A DNA stretch of 64,000 nucleotides, taken from NCBI GenBank assembly GCA_031379415.1, contig JANNFE010000166.1:156-64155 (forward strand), written 5' to 3'. The notes under the pieces are model-generated. The model worked only from the letters and a program-made list of their open reading frames with translations, ran no database searches and was not told the DNA's origin. The DNA comes from Betaproteobacteria bacterium (GTDB taxonomy: Bacteria; Pseudomonadota; Gammaproteobacteria; Burkholderiales; Burkholderiaceae_C). Below are positions 27,306 to 39,183 of this stretch, in pieces; positions within the stretch are counted from its first letter, which is position 1; the number at the start of each line of letters is the position of its first letter. The position numbers were made by a program, and so were the translations under genes.

Positions 27306-28544
27306 GTGGACGCGCGCACCCGCCCCATTGCCAACCCCGTGCTCAGCAGCCTGCAGACGCCGCTGCACGAAGACTCGGTCATCGTCAGCATCGGCCCTTC
27401 GCACCCGGCCACGCACGGCACGGTGCAGATCTTCGTCGAGCTGGACGGCGAACGCGTGTTGCGCAGCGACGTGCATTGCGGCTACCTGCACCGCGGCTTC
27501 GAGAAGGAGTGCGAGGACCACACCTGGCACAACCTCATTCCCTATGTCGACCGCCTGAACTACGTCTCGGCACTGGTCAATGACTTCGCCTACTGCGGCG
27601 CCGTGGAGACGCTGATGGGGGTGCAGATCACGCCGCGCTGCACGCTGCTGCGCACGCTGCTGTCGGAGTACTCGCGCCTGGTGGACCACCTGACCTGCAC
27701 CGCGGCCGGCCTGATGGAGCTGGGCGCGATGACGGCCTTCCTGTATCTCGTGATGATTCGCGACTACATGTACGAGCACCTGGCCGCGCTCACCGGCGCG
27801 CGGGTCACCTACACCTACGGCCGCATCGGCGGCCTGGCGCGCGACCTGCCCGAAGGCTGGCTGGTGCGCATGGAAGAGATCCTGGTCCAGTACGAGGACT
27901 TCATCGCCCGCGTGCACACGCTGGTGGACCGCAACCGCATCTTCGTCGACCGCATGCGCAAGACTGGCGCCATCAGCACCGCCGACGCGCTGAACCTGGG
28001 CTGCACCGGCCCCATCCTGCGCAGCACCGGCGTGCCGCGCGACCTGCGCAAGGACACTCCCTACCTGGCCTATGCCGAGCTCGACTTCGAGGTGCCGGTG
28101 GGCATCCAGGGCGACAACTACGATCGCTACTTCGTGCGCATGCGCGAGATGGACGAGTCGGTCTACATGATGCGGCAACTGGCCGAAATGCTGCAGCAGC
28201 CGCAGCACCAGGGGCCCATCAACGTGGACGACAGGCGCTGCACTTTTCCCGAAAAGGCGCTGATCTACACGCAGATCGAGTCGCTCATCAACCACTTCAA
28301 GCTGGTGATGGAAGGCCCGGTGGTGCCGGCCGGAGACGCCTACGTGGCGCACGAGGCGCCCAACGGCGAGCTGGGCTTCTACATCGTCAGCACCGGCAGC
28401 GGCACGCCGCACAAGGTGCACGTGCGCTCACCCAGCTTCGTGCACATGGGCGCAGCCTCGCGCATGCTGGACGGCGGCCAGCTCGCAGACATCGTGCCCA
28501 CCTTCGGCTCGATCAACATGATCGGCGGGGAGTGTGATCGGTGA
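27306..28544 (+). CDS. nuoD: NADH-quinone oxidoreductase subunit D
   Basis: GPSHPATHG, GYLHRGFEK, DRLNY, IGGL..DLP, GP.LRSTGV..DLRK, EAPNGELG.Y, G.CDR; no NiFe CxxC motifs. Confidence 0.93.
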   Translation: MDARTRPIANPVLSSLQTPLHEDSVIVSIGPSHPATHGTVQIFVELDGERVLRSDVHCGYLHRGFEKECEDHTWHNLIPYVDRLNYVSALVNDFAYCGAVETLMGVQITPRCTLLRTLLSEYSRLVDHLTCTAAGLMELGAMTAFLYLVMIRDYMYEHLAALTGARVTYTYGRIGGLARDLPEGWLVRMEEILVQYEDFIARVHTLVDRNRIFVDRMRKTGAISTADALNLGCTGPILRSTGVPRDLRKDTPYLAYAELDFEVPVGIQGDNYDRYFVRMREMDESVYMMRQLAEMLQQPQHQGPINVDDRRCTFPEKALIYTQIESLINHFKLVMEGPVVPAGDAYVAHEAPNGELGFYIVSTGSGTPHKVHVRSPSFVHMGAASRMLDGGQLADIVPTFGSINMIGGECDR

Positions 28545-29008
28545 AGCATCTCGTCGGCGAACTCGACACCCTGCGCCGGCGCTACCCGCCGGGCAGCGAC
28601 TCGTCGATGGTCATCCCCTGCCTGCACCGCATCCAGGAAGACCGCGGCTTCGTGGCCGACAGCGACATCACCGAGCTGCAGGCCTACCTGGGTGTGCCGC
28701 GCATCCAGATCGAGGAGGTGCTGGCGCACTACTCGATGTTCCGCCGTGCGCCCATCGGCCGCTGGCACCTGCAGGTCTGCCGCAACGTGAGCTGCTCAAT
28801 GCGCGGCGCCGAGGGCGTCATCGATCATTTGTGCGAACGCCTGGGCATAGCGCCCGGCCAGACCACGCCCGACGGCCGCTTCACGCTGGGCACCGTCGAA
28901 TGCCTGGGTTCCTGCGGCACGGCGCCGGTGGTGATGGTCAATCAGGCCTACCACGAGAACATGAGCGCACCGAAGCTCGACGCCCTCATCGCGGAGCTGC
29001 GCAAGTGA
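28541..29008 (+). CDS. nuoE: NADH-quinone oxidoreductase subunit E
   Basis: L.RIQE..GFV, QVCRNVSC..RG, ECLGSC..APV.MVN (cluster N1a). Confidence 0.93.
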   Translation: MKHLVGELDTLRRRYPPGSDSSMVIPCLHRIQEDRGFVADSDITELQAYLGVPRIQIEEVLAHYSMFRRAPIGRWHLQVCRNVSCSMRGAEGVIDHLCERLGIAPGQTTPDGRFTLGTVECLGSCGTAPVVMVNQAYHENMSAPKLDALIAELRK

Positions 29009-30321
29009 CGGGCCGCAAGCTCATCATGAACTTCCCGGTCACGGCCACGTCGCACGGGCTGGCCGACGTGCAGGCGCGCGGCGGCTACCAGACGCTGGCA
29101 AAGGTGCTGCGCGACATGCGGCCCGAGCAGGTGACCAAGGAAGTGGCGTCCAGCGGCATCCTGGGCCACGGCGGCGCGGCCTTCCCGGCCGGGCGCAAGT
29201 GGGGCGTGATCAAGCTCAACGATCAGCAGCCGCACTACCTGTGCGCCAACGCCGACGAAGGCGAGCCCGGCACGTTCAAGGACCGCTGGATCCTGGAGCA
29301 CGCGCCGCACCTGCTCATCGAGTCCATGCTCATCGCGGCCTACGCGCTGCAGGTGCGCCACGCCTTCGTCTACATGCGCGGCGAGTTCGACCTGCCCTAT
29401 CGGCGCCTGCAGGCCGCCATCGAGGAGGCCTACTCCGCCGGGCTGCTGGGCGACAACATCCTCGACACCGGCTTTGCCTGCGACCTGGTGATCTATCGCG
29501 GCGCCGGCTCCTATGTCTGCGGCGAGGCTTCTGCGCTCATCACGTCCATCGAAGGCAAGAAGGGCTACCCGCGCAACCGGCCGCCACGGCTGACGGTGCG
29601 CGGCCTCTACCAGAAGCCCACCGTCATCAACAACGTCGAGACCCTGGCCAATGTGGCAGGCATCGTGGCCATGGGCGGCGAGGCCTTCAGGCAGATCGGT
29701 GCGCCCAAGAGCCCGGGCACGCAACTGGTCTCGGTCTCGGGCCACATCCAGCGGCCCGGCGTCTACGAAGTCGAATACGGCACCCCGCTGGCGAAGTTCC
29801 TGGACGAGGACTGCGGCGGCGGCCTGGACGGCGTGCCCATCAAGTGCATCGTGCCCGGCGGCATCTCGACCAAGGTGCTCACCGCGGCCGAGTTGCAGCA
29901 CGTCACCTACGACCACGCCAGCCTCGCGGCCGCAGGCTCTGGCGTGGGCTCGGGCGGCATGATCGTCATCGGTGAGGGCACCTGCATGGTCCGCCTGTTG
30001 CAGGTGATGCTGCGCTTCTATCACCACGAAAGCTGCGGCCAGTGCACGCCCTGCCGCGAGGGCATGGGCTGGATGCACCGCATCATCGACCGCATCGTCG
30101 GCGGCCAGGGCCAGCCCGGCGACATCCAGATGCTGGAGCGCATTTCGCGCGCCAACGACGGCACCACCATCTGCGGCATGGGCGACGCCGCGGGTTACGC
30201 CACGCTCGGCATCCTGGCCAAGTACCGCCGCGAGTTCGAGCACTTCATCCAGCACAAGCACTCGCTGATGCAGGGCCGCCTGGACCTCACCGCTGCCCTG
30301 CCGGAGGCCGCCCATGCCTGA
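29005..30321 (+). CDS. nuoF: NADH(P)H-quinone oxidoreductase subunit F with altered nucleotide pocket
   Basis: GHGGAAFP.G.KW, NADEGEPGTFKDR, GAGSYVCGEASAL, NNVETL, ESCGQCTPCREG, TICGMG; GTG start overlaps the nuoE stop (alternative ATG 29026). Confidence 0.93.
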   Translation: MTGRKLIMNFPVTATSHGLADVQARGGYQTLAKVLRDMRPEQVTKEVASSGILGHGGAAFPAGRKWGVIKLNDQQPHYLCANADEGEPGTFKDRWILEHAPHLLIESMLIAAYALQVRHAFVYMRGEFDLPYRRLQAAIEEAYSAGLLGDNILDTGFACDLVIYRGAGSYVCGEASALITSIEGKKGYPRNRPPRLTVRGLYQKPTVINNVETLANVAGIVAMGGEAFRQIGAPKSPGTQLVSVSGHIQRPGVYEVEYGTPLAKFLDEDCGGGLDGVPIKCIVPGGISTKVLTAAELQHVTYDHASLAAAGSGVGSGGMIVIGEGTCMVRLLQVMLRFYHHESCGQCTPCREGMGWMHRIIDRIVGGQGQPGDIQMLERISRANDGTTICGMGDAAGYATLGILAKYRREFEHFIQHKHSLMQGRLDLTAALPEAAHA

Positions 30322-31768
30322 GATCTTCATCGACGGCCGGCCGCTGATGGCCGAGGACAACCAGACCGTGATGCAGGCGGCGCGCGCACACGGCATCGAG
30401 ATCCCCGCCTTCTGCTGGCACCCTGCGCTGTCGGTGCCGGGCAACTGCCGCATCTGCGTGGTGGAAGTGGAAGCTGATGGCAGTGGCTGGGTCGACATCG
30501 CCTGCAACATGCCGGTGACGCCCGGCATGCGCGTGCTGACCGACTCGCCCAGGGTGCGCCAGCGCCGCCAGGAGACGATGCAGTTCATCACGCTGAACCA
30601 CCCGGTGGACTGCGGCATCTGCGACAAGGCCGGCGAATGCACGCTGCAGGACCATCACTACGCCTACAACGGCGAGGCCTCGATCTCGCGCGAGCCCAAG
30701 GTCCACGCCACCAAGCACTTCGACCTGTCGTCGCGCATCGTGCTCGACAACGAGCGCTGCATCCTGTGCACGCGCTGCGTGCGCTTCACGCGCGAGGTCT
30801 CCAAGACCCACGCTCTGGGCGTCATCTCCCGCGGCGACCACTCGCTCATCCGGCCCACGGAAGACGGCGCTTTCGAGCACGACGCCTATTCCGACAACGT
30901 CATCGACCTCTGCCCAGTGGGCGCGCTGCTGTCCAAGGCCACGCTGCACCGCACGCGCGTGTGGTACCTGAAGGCCACGCCCTCGGTGTGCCCGGGCTGC
31001 GAGCGCGGCTGCGCGGTGCAGGTGTGGCACCGCCGGCCCGAATGGAAGCTGAAGGCCGTGGCCCTGGCCGCCAACACGCGCATCGAACGCGTCACGCCGC
31101 GCGACGACCCCGCGATCAACGGGCCGTGGATCTGCAACAAGGGCCGCGACCTGGCCAGCTTCTACGGCCGCGCCCGCGCCGAAACGCCAATGCTGCGCGG
31201 CCGGCCCACCGACCTGGACAGCGCGCTGGAGCGTGCCCGCGAGCTCATCGCCGCGGCGCAGCGACCGGTGGCGCTGGTGTCGAACTGGGCCTCGAACGAG
31301 GAACTGGCCGCCTTCAAGCAGGCGCTGGGCGGCCGCTTCACGAGCTGGGTCAAGACCGACTGCGAAGTCGCGCGTGGCGAGGTGGTGGCCGACGAACTGC
31401 TCATCCGCGCCGACAAGAACCCGAACACCGCCGGCGCCCGGGCCCTGTTCCCCGAACTGCCGGAGGACGCGAGCCACGCCTTTCCCCTCGACACCGATCT
31501 CGTGCTGGTGTGGGGCGAAGGTTTCCCCTTCGCCGAGCTACCGCCCCAGGCGAGCGTGATCCTGCTGAACGCCTGGCTGCAACCCGAAAACCAGCAGGCC
31601 GAGGTCTTCCTGCCCATCAGCACCATGCTCGAGCGGCGCGGCCACTACACCAACTTCGAAGGCGTGCTCAGCGCCTTCGAGCCCTGCTTCCCCGTGCCCG
31701 CCGAAGTGGCCCACGCCGCAGACATCTTTGCTGCGCTGGCCGTGCACGCCGAGGTCGCCCTGCCATGA
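30314..31768 (+). CDS. nuoG: NADH-quinone oxidoreductase subunit G, short form (484 aa)
   Basis: N1b (FCWHP.LS..GNCRICVV..AC), N5 (HP.DC.ICDKAGEC.LQD), N4 (RCILCTRCVRF..CPVGAL), N7-type CPGCERGC..CNKGR; C-terminal domain reduced. Confidence 0.9.
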   Translation: MPEIFIDGRPLMAEDNQTVMQAARAHGIEIPAFCWHPALSVPGNCRICVVEVEADGSGWVDIACNMPVTPGMRVLTDSPRVRQRRQETMQFITLNHPVDCGICDKAGECTLQDHHYAYNGEASISREPKVHATKHFDLSSRIVLDNERCILCTRCVRFTREVSKTHALGVISRGDHSLIRPTEDGAFEHDAYSDNVIDLCPVGALLSKATLHRTRVWYLKATPSVCPGCERGCAVQVWHRRPEWKLKAVALAANTRIERVTPRDDPAINGPWICNKGRDLASFYGRARAETPMLRGRPTDLDSALERARELIAAAQRPVALVSNWASNEELAAFKQALGGRFTSWVKTDCEVARGEVVADELLIRADKNPNTAGARALFPELPEDASHAFPLDTDLVLVWGEGFPFAELPPQASVILLNAWLQPENQQAEVFLPISTMLERRGHYTNFEGVLSAFEPCFPVPAEVAHAADIFAALAVHAEVALP

Positions 31769-32913
31769 AGCAGGACCTGGTCGTCGCCCTGGTCTTCATG
31801 CTCTACGCCGTGGGCATGCTGATGAGCTTCGGCACCGTGCTGACCTGGGTCGAACGCAAGCAGGCGGCGGTGATGTCCGACCGCATCGGCGCCAACCGTG
31901 CCTACATCCGGCTGCCGTACACGCAGATCAAGCTCGTGTGGTGGGGCCTCTTCCACGGCATCGCCGACGGCATCAAGATGCTGGTGAAGGAAGACTTCCA
32001 CCCGCGCACCCACGACGCCGTGGCCTATGCCGTGGCGCCCTGGGTGGTGTTCACGCCGGTGCTGCTGGTCTTTGCCGTGCTGCCCTTCGGCGGCCAGATC
32101 GACCCCGGCCGCCTGTTCCCGGCGCTGGCCGACTGGTTCGGCGGCAAGACCTACCCGATGCAGATCGCGTCGCTCGACGCCGGGCTGCTCATCGTCTTCG
32201 CGTTCAGCGGCATGACCATCATCGGCGCCATGCTGGCCGGCTGGTCGTCGGACAACAAGTTCTCGCTGCTCGGCGGCCTGCGCGCCGGCTCGCAGATGAT
32301 CAGCTACGAGCTGGTGATGGGCCTCACGGTGCTGGGCCTGATCCTGGTCTACGGCACCGTCGACCTGGGGGCCATGGTGCGCCAGCAGTCGGGCACGGTG
32401 TGGGGCTTCCTGCCGGCCTGGGGCGTGGTCTACCAGCCCTTCGCGGCCGTGCTGTTCATGACCGCGGCTATCGCCGAGAACAAGCGCATCCCCTTCGACC
32501 TGCCCGAAGCCGAAAGCGAGCTCATTGCCGGCTACTACACCGAATACAGCGCCATGAAGATGGGCCTCTTCATGTTCGCCGAGTTCATCGAGATCGCGAT
32601 CATCGGCGCGCTCTTCACCACGCTCTTCCTGGGCGGCTACAACCTGCCCTACATGAACGACAGCGGCTTCGCCTTCCCCGGCGGCGCCACGCTGGCCATG
32701 AGCCACGGCGCGGTGGTGGTGACGCAGCTGGTGGTGTTCCTGCTCAAGGTGATGCTGGTCTGCAGCTTCCAGATCCTGGTGCGCTGGACGCTGCCGCGCT
32801 TCCGCTACGACCAGGTGCTGAGCTTCGCCTGGAAGTTCATGCTGCCGCTGGCGCTGGCCAACCTGGCCCTCACCGCGGTGCTGCTGTGGTTGCACCAGGG
32901 AGCACCGTCATGA
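31765..32913 (+). CDS. nuoH: NADH-quinone oxidoreductase subunit H
   Basis: ERK......DRIG.NR, IADGIKM..KED, GW.S.NK.S.LG.LR..SQ.ISYE, AE.KR.PFDLPEAE.EL..GY.TEYS, RW.LPR.RYDQ. Confidence 0.95.
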   Translation: MKQDLVVALVFMLYAVGMLMSFGTVLTWVERKQAAVMSDRIGANRAYIRLPYTQIKLVWWGLFHGIADGIKMLVKEDFHPRTHDAVAYAVAPWVVFTPVLLVFAVLPFGGQIDPGRLFPALADWFGGKTYPMQIASLDAGLLIVFAFSGMTIIGAMLAGWSSDNKFSLLGGLRAGSQMISYELVMGLTVLGLILVYGTVDLGAMVRQQSGTVWGFLPAWGVVYQPFAAVLFMTAAIAENKRIPFDLPEAESELIAGYYTEYSAMKMGLFMFAEFIEIAIIGALFTTLFLGGYNLPYMNDSGFAFPGGATLAMSHGAVVVTQLVVFLLKVMLVCSFQILVRWTLPRFRYDQVLSFAWKFMLPLALANLALTAVLLWLHQGAPS

Positions 32914-33485
32914 CAGTGCGCTACAAGCGCAAGGTCTACTGGAACGAGCCCGAACTGCAGGGCTGGGACCGCGCCTACCTGCCCGAGATCCTGCGTGGGC
33001 TTGCTCTCACCAGCGGCATCTTCCTGCGCAACATGGGCCGCTGGATGAGTGGCCGCAAGGGCGCGCTCACCACCTACTACCCGGAAGAGACGCGCTGGGA
33101 CTACGCGCCCGCCAACCGCGGCAAGCACGTGCTGACGCAGCGCCCCGACGGCAAGCCGCAGTGCGTGGCGTGCAACCTGTGCGCCACGGTCTGCCCGGCG
33201 AAGGTCATCGAGATCGAAGCCGGCTACGACCCCGGCGACACCGCGCACCCCAAGTTCCCCATCCGCTTCGAGATCGACTACTCGCGCTGCGTGTTCTGCG
33301 GTCTGTGCGTCGAGGCCTGCCCCGAAGACGCCATCCGCATGGCCAAGGAGACGCCGGGCCTCACCTCGGATGACCGCCACCAGATGTGGCTGACGATGGA
33401 AGAGATGCTGACCTGGCAGCCGCAGCACGACGTGGCCAAGCCCTATCCGCCGGCACCCGCGGCCAGGCATGAGGCCGCCCCATGA
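32910..33485 (+). CDS. nuoI: NADH-quinone oxidoreductase subunit I
   Basis: T.YYPEE, CVACNLCATVCP, FEIDYSRCVFCGLCVEACP.DAI. Confidence 0.95.
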   Translation: MTVRYKRKVYWNEPELQGWDRAYLPEILRGLALTSGIFLRNMGRWMSGRKGALTTYYPEETRWDYAPANRGKHVLTQRPDGKPQCVACNLCATVCPAKVIEIEAGYDPGDTAHPKFPIRFEIDYSRCVFCGLCVEACPEDAIRMAKETPGLTSDDRHQMWLTMEEMLTWQPQHDVAKPYPPAPAARHEAAP

Positions 33486-34021
33486 TCGACGCGCTGCTGC
33501 TCAACCTGGAAACGCTGCTGCTGCTGGCCTTCAGCGCCGGTGCCTTGCTGTGCGCCACGCTGATGATGGTGCTGCGCCAGCCCATGCGCTTGGCCATGTC
33601 GCTCATTGCCTGCATGTTCTTCCTGGCCGGCATCTACGGCCTGCTGGGCGTGCACTTCATCGCCGCCTTCCAGGTGCTGATCTACGTTGGCGCGGTGATG
33701 GTCTTCATGGTCTACGTGATCATGCTGCTGGAGGTGCGCGAGCACACCGGCGTCCGCTACTCCGCGCTGCTGGTGCCAGGCGTGATCGGCTTCTTCCTAC
33801 TGCTGGGCGCCATCGTCGGCAGCATTTGGCAGGCGCTGCCATCACCCACGGTGGACATCGGCAGCGCCAGCTTCGGCATTGGCGCCTTCTCGGTGGCTTT
33901 CCTGCGCGACCACTGGCTGCACTTCGAGCTGACCTCGGTGCTGCTGCTGGCCGCGGTGGTGGCGGCGCTGGCGGTCATCAAGGTCAGCCGCGCCGCCGAC
34001 CTGCGGCGGCGACATGGATAG
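33482..34021 (+). CDS. nuoJ: NADH-quinone oxidoreductase subunit J
   Basis: P...A.SL, F.AA.QVLIY.GA.MV...YVIMLL, FE..S.LLL.A.V.A. Confidence 0.92.
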   Translation: MIDALLLNLETLLLLAFSAGALLCATLMMVLRQPMRLAMSLIACMFFLAGIYGLLGVHFIAAFQVLIYVGAVMVFMVYVIMLLEVREHTGVRYSALLVPGVIGFFLLLGAIVGSIWQALPSPTVDIGSASFGIGAFSVAFLRDHWLHFELTSVLLLAAVVAALAVIKVSRAADLRRRHG

Positions 34022-34316
34022 GACGCAGCTGCTGCTGGGCGTGGCCGTGGCGCTGTTCGCTCTGGGCCTGCTGGGCGTCATCGTGCGCCGCAACGTGCTG
34101 GTGATGCTGATGTGCATGGAACTCATGCTCAACGGCGTCAACCTGAGCCTCGTCACCTTCGCGCAGCAGCATGGCAACGCCGCGGGCGCGGTGCTGGTGT
34201 TCCTGGTTTTCGTGGTGGCCACGGCCGAGATCGCGCTGGCCATTCCCATCGTGCTGCTGCTGGCGCGCCGCAAGGCCACGCTCGACGTGGCGCAGTTCGA
34301 CGAGCTGAAGGGCTGA
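34014..34316 (+). CDS. nuoK: NADH-quinone oxidoreductase subunit K
   Basis: G..RRNVL..LM..ELMLN.VNL, VA.AE.A.A. Confidence 0.93.
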   Translation: MDRTQLLLGVAVALFALGLLGVIVRRNVLVMLMCMELMLNGVNLSLVTFAQQHGNAAGAVLVFLVFVVATAEIALAIPIVLLLARRKATLDVAQFDELKG

Positions 34317-34320
34317 CGGT

Positions 34321-36214
34321 GTGAGCATGGTGCCGCATGCGCTGACGCTCATCGTGCTGCTGCCGCTGCTGGGCTTCGTGCTCAACGGCGTGTTCGCCAC
34401 CCGGCTGGGCGGCAACGTGGCGGGCAAGGCCTTCGTCACGGTGGTGGGCTGCGGGCTGCCGCTGGCCGCCTTCGCGCTCACCGTGCAGACGGTCATGGCG
34501 CTGCAGGCCGGCGCTTGGGCGCCTCTCATCGAGCCCGTCTACCGCTGGGCACTGATCGGCGGCAGCGCCTTCGAGATCAGCTTCTACTTCGACCGCCTGA
34601 GCGCGGTGATGGCGCTCATCGTCACCGGCGTGGGCTCGGCCATCCACGTCTATTCCGTCGGCTACATGGCCCACGACAAGAGCTACGGCCGCTTCTTCGC
34701 CTACCTCAACCTGTTCCTCTTCTTCATGCTGTTGCTGGTGCTGGGGCGTTCGCTGCTGGTGCTCTTCGTCGGCTGGGAAGGCGTGGGGCTGGCGAGCTAC
34801 CTGCTCATCGGCTTCTGGTTCGACGACGGGGCCAATGCGCGCGCCGGCAAGAAGGCCTTCGTCACCAACCGCGTGGGCGACGCCGGCTTCCTGCTGGGCA
34901 TGTTCCTGCTCTACCAGGCCACAGGCACGCTGGACATGGACCGCATCAACGCCGCCTTCACCGGCGCCAGCGCGCCGGCGGTGTCGGCCAGCCTGGTGGG
35001 TGTGCTGCTGTTCATCGGCGCGACGGGCAAGTCGGCACAGATTCCGCTGCACGTCTGGCTGCCCGACGCCATGGCCGGCCCGACGCCGGTGTCGGCGCTG
35101 ATCCACGCCGCCACCATCGTCCCCGCCGGCGTGTACCTGGTGGCGCGTTTGTCGGGCGTCTACCTGCAGGCGCCCGAAGCCTCGATGCTGATCGCCATCG
35201 TCGGCGCAGCCACCGCCTTCTTCGCCGCCACCGTGGCGCTGGTACAGACCGACATCAAGAAGGTGCTGGCCTACAGCACGGTGTCGCAGCTGGGCTTCAT
35301 GTTCCTGGCGCTCGGCGTCGGTGCCTACGGCGTGGCGGTGTTCCACCTCATGACGCATGCCTTCTTCAAGGCCTGCCTGTTCCTGGGCGCCGGCAGCGTG
35401 ATCCACGCGCTGGGCGGCGAGCAGGACCTGCGCAAGATGGGCGGCCTGGCGCGCCGCATCCCCATCACCTTCGTCACCTTCGCGGTGGCCACGGCGGCCA
35501 TTGCCGGGCTGCCGCCGCTGGCCGGCTTCTTCTCCAAGGACGAGATCCTGTGGTTCGCCTTCGCCAGCGAGCGCGGTTCGCCGCTGCTGTGGTTCGTCGC
35601 TGCGGCCACGGCGCTGATGACGGCCTTCTACATGTTCCGGCTGCTGTGGCTGGCCTTCCTGGGCACGTCCCGCATGACGCTTGAGGTCGAACAACACGTG
35701 CACGAATCACCCTGGAGCATGACTGGCGTGTTGTGCCTGCTGGCACTGCTGTCGGCGGTGGGCGGTTTCATCGCCGTGCCGCACTTCCTGGAGCCGCAGT
35801 GGCCGCTGCCGCCGGTGCACGCGCACCTGCACGCTTTCGAGACGCCGCTGCTGGTGTTCTCGGTGCTGCTGGCGCTGGCCGGGCTGGCCACGGCCTGGTG
35901 GATGTTCGGCGGCAAGCCGGGCCGCGCCGACGCCCTGCAGCAGCGCTTTGCCGGCGCGCACCGCGTGTTGCTCGCCAAGTACCAGGTCGACGAGCTCTAC
36001 GAAGCCACCATCGGCCGGCCGCTGGTGTGGCTGTCCGACCGCATCTTCCTGCGCATCGGTGACCGCATGCTGCTCGACGGCACGCTCAACGGCCTGGGCG
36101 CCCTGGGCCGCCTGGGCGGGCGCCTGCTCGGCGCCGTGCAGACCGGCAACCTGCAGCTCTACCTGTGGTTCGTGCTGGCGGGCCTGGCGGGCGCCGTGCT
36201 GTGGAGCTGGCCGC

Positions 36215-36222
<8 letters not shown>
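34321..36222 (+). CDS. nuoL: NADH-quinone oxidoreductase subunit L
   Basis: D.LS..M, YS.GYM.HD..Y.RFF.YLNLF, GWEGVGL.SY.LIGFW, KAF..NR.GD, GKSAQ.PL..WLPDAMAGPTPVSALIHAAT, DIKKVLAYST.SQLG, H..THAFFKA.LF. Confidence 0.95.
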
Positions 36223-37761
<1,539 letters not shown>

Positions 37762-37765
<4 letters not shown>

Positions 37766-39168
37766 ACGGCCAGACCGTCTTCACCGCCATGCTGCCCGAG
37801 CACCTGCTGCTGCTGGGCATTGTGGTGATGCTGGTGCTGGACCTGCTGGACCGCGGGCCGCGCTACGCGCTGGCGGTGGCCCTGGTCTCGGTGGGCGCTG
37901 CAGCCGTGGCCGCCGCGGGCCTGGCGCTGTCGGGCTTCAGCGCCGCGCCGTTTGCCGGCCAGTTCTCGGTCGACCCCGCCGGCCTGATGGCCAAGGCCAT
38001 GGTGCTGGCGCTGGCGCTGCCGGTGCTGCTGATGTCGCGCGACGACTTCGGGCCCCAGGTCGGCGCCGGCATGGGCAGCGAGTTCACCGCCCTGCTGCTG
38101 TCGGCCCTGTACGGCGTGTGCCTGGTGCAGTCGGCCGACAGCTTCCTGACCCTGTTCCTGGGCATCGAGCTGATGTCGCTGCCCGTCTACGTGCTGGTGC
38201 TGCTGGCGCAGCGCCGGCCGCAGAGCGCCGAGGCGGCACTCAAGTACCTGGTGCTGGGCGGTGCGGCCAGCGCCATGCTGCTGATGGGCGCTTCGCTGAT
38301 TTACGGTGCCACCGGATCGCTGGCCACCGCCACCTTTGCCAGCGCCGTGAGTTCGCCCGACCCGCTGCTGCGCGCCGCCGTGGTGCTGGTGATCGGGGCC
38401 TTCTTCGTGAAGGCCGCCATCGTGCCCTTCCACGCCTGGGCGCCCGACGCCTACGAAGCCGCCAGCGTGCCCGTCACCGCCTTCATGGCCGTGGTGGTGA
38501 AGGCCGGCGTGCTGCTGGCCGCGGTGCGCCTGTTCGGCAACGCGGTGATCGCCACGCCGGTGCTGGAACTGCTGGCCGTGCTGCCACTGGCCAGCATCGT
38601 GTGGGGCAACCTGGCGGCCATGCGACAGGACAGCCTGCGGCGTTTGCTGGCCTACAGCTCCATCGCGCATGCCGGCTACCTGTTCTTCGCGCTGCTCGGC
38701 GCGCCAGCCGGGCGCCTGGCATCGGTGGCCTTCTACCTGCTGGCCTATGGCCTGCTGAACCTGCTGGCGCTGGCCGCGCTGCCCAGTGCTGCCGACGACA
38801 CGCAGCGCGACAAGCTGGAGCACCTGCGCGGCCTCTACCAGCGCTCGCCGGCCGCCGCCGTGATGATCGCCATCGCCATGCTCTCGCTGGCCGGCATTCC
38901 GCCACTGCCAGGCTTCGTGGCCAAGTTCCTGATCTTCAGCAACGTCGTTGCCGCCGGTCACGTGACGCTGGCCGTGCTGGGCCTGGTGGGCAGCTTCCTG
39001 GGCATCTACTTCTACCTGCGCGTGATCCAGCTGATGTTCATGAGCCCGCAGGCCGCCGCTGCCGAAACAGGCCCCGTGCGGGGGCTGGCGCTGGGTGCCT
39101 GCGTGGCCTGCCTGGCGCTCACCGCGCTGGTGGCGGTGTTCCCGGGCTGGGTGCTGGCGCGCTTCTGA
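37762..39168 (+). CDS. nuoN: NADH-quinone oxidoreductase subunit N
   Basis: F.G.ELMSLP.Y.L, EAALKY..LG, K....PFH.W.PDAYE.A, N..A..Q....R.LAYSSIAH.GY, SLAGIPP..GF..K. Confidence 0.94.
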
Positions 39169-39183
39169 GGCTTGCGACCTGAT

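Noticed and set aside
26301-28544. nuoB/C/D as a group 4 [NiFe] hydrogenase, prompted by the nearby HyaE-like gene
   Set aside because: NuoD lacks the RxCGxC and DPCxxC Ni-binding motifs and the full nuoA-N set is present.
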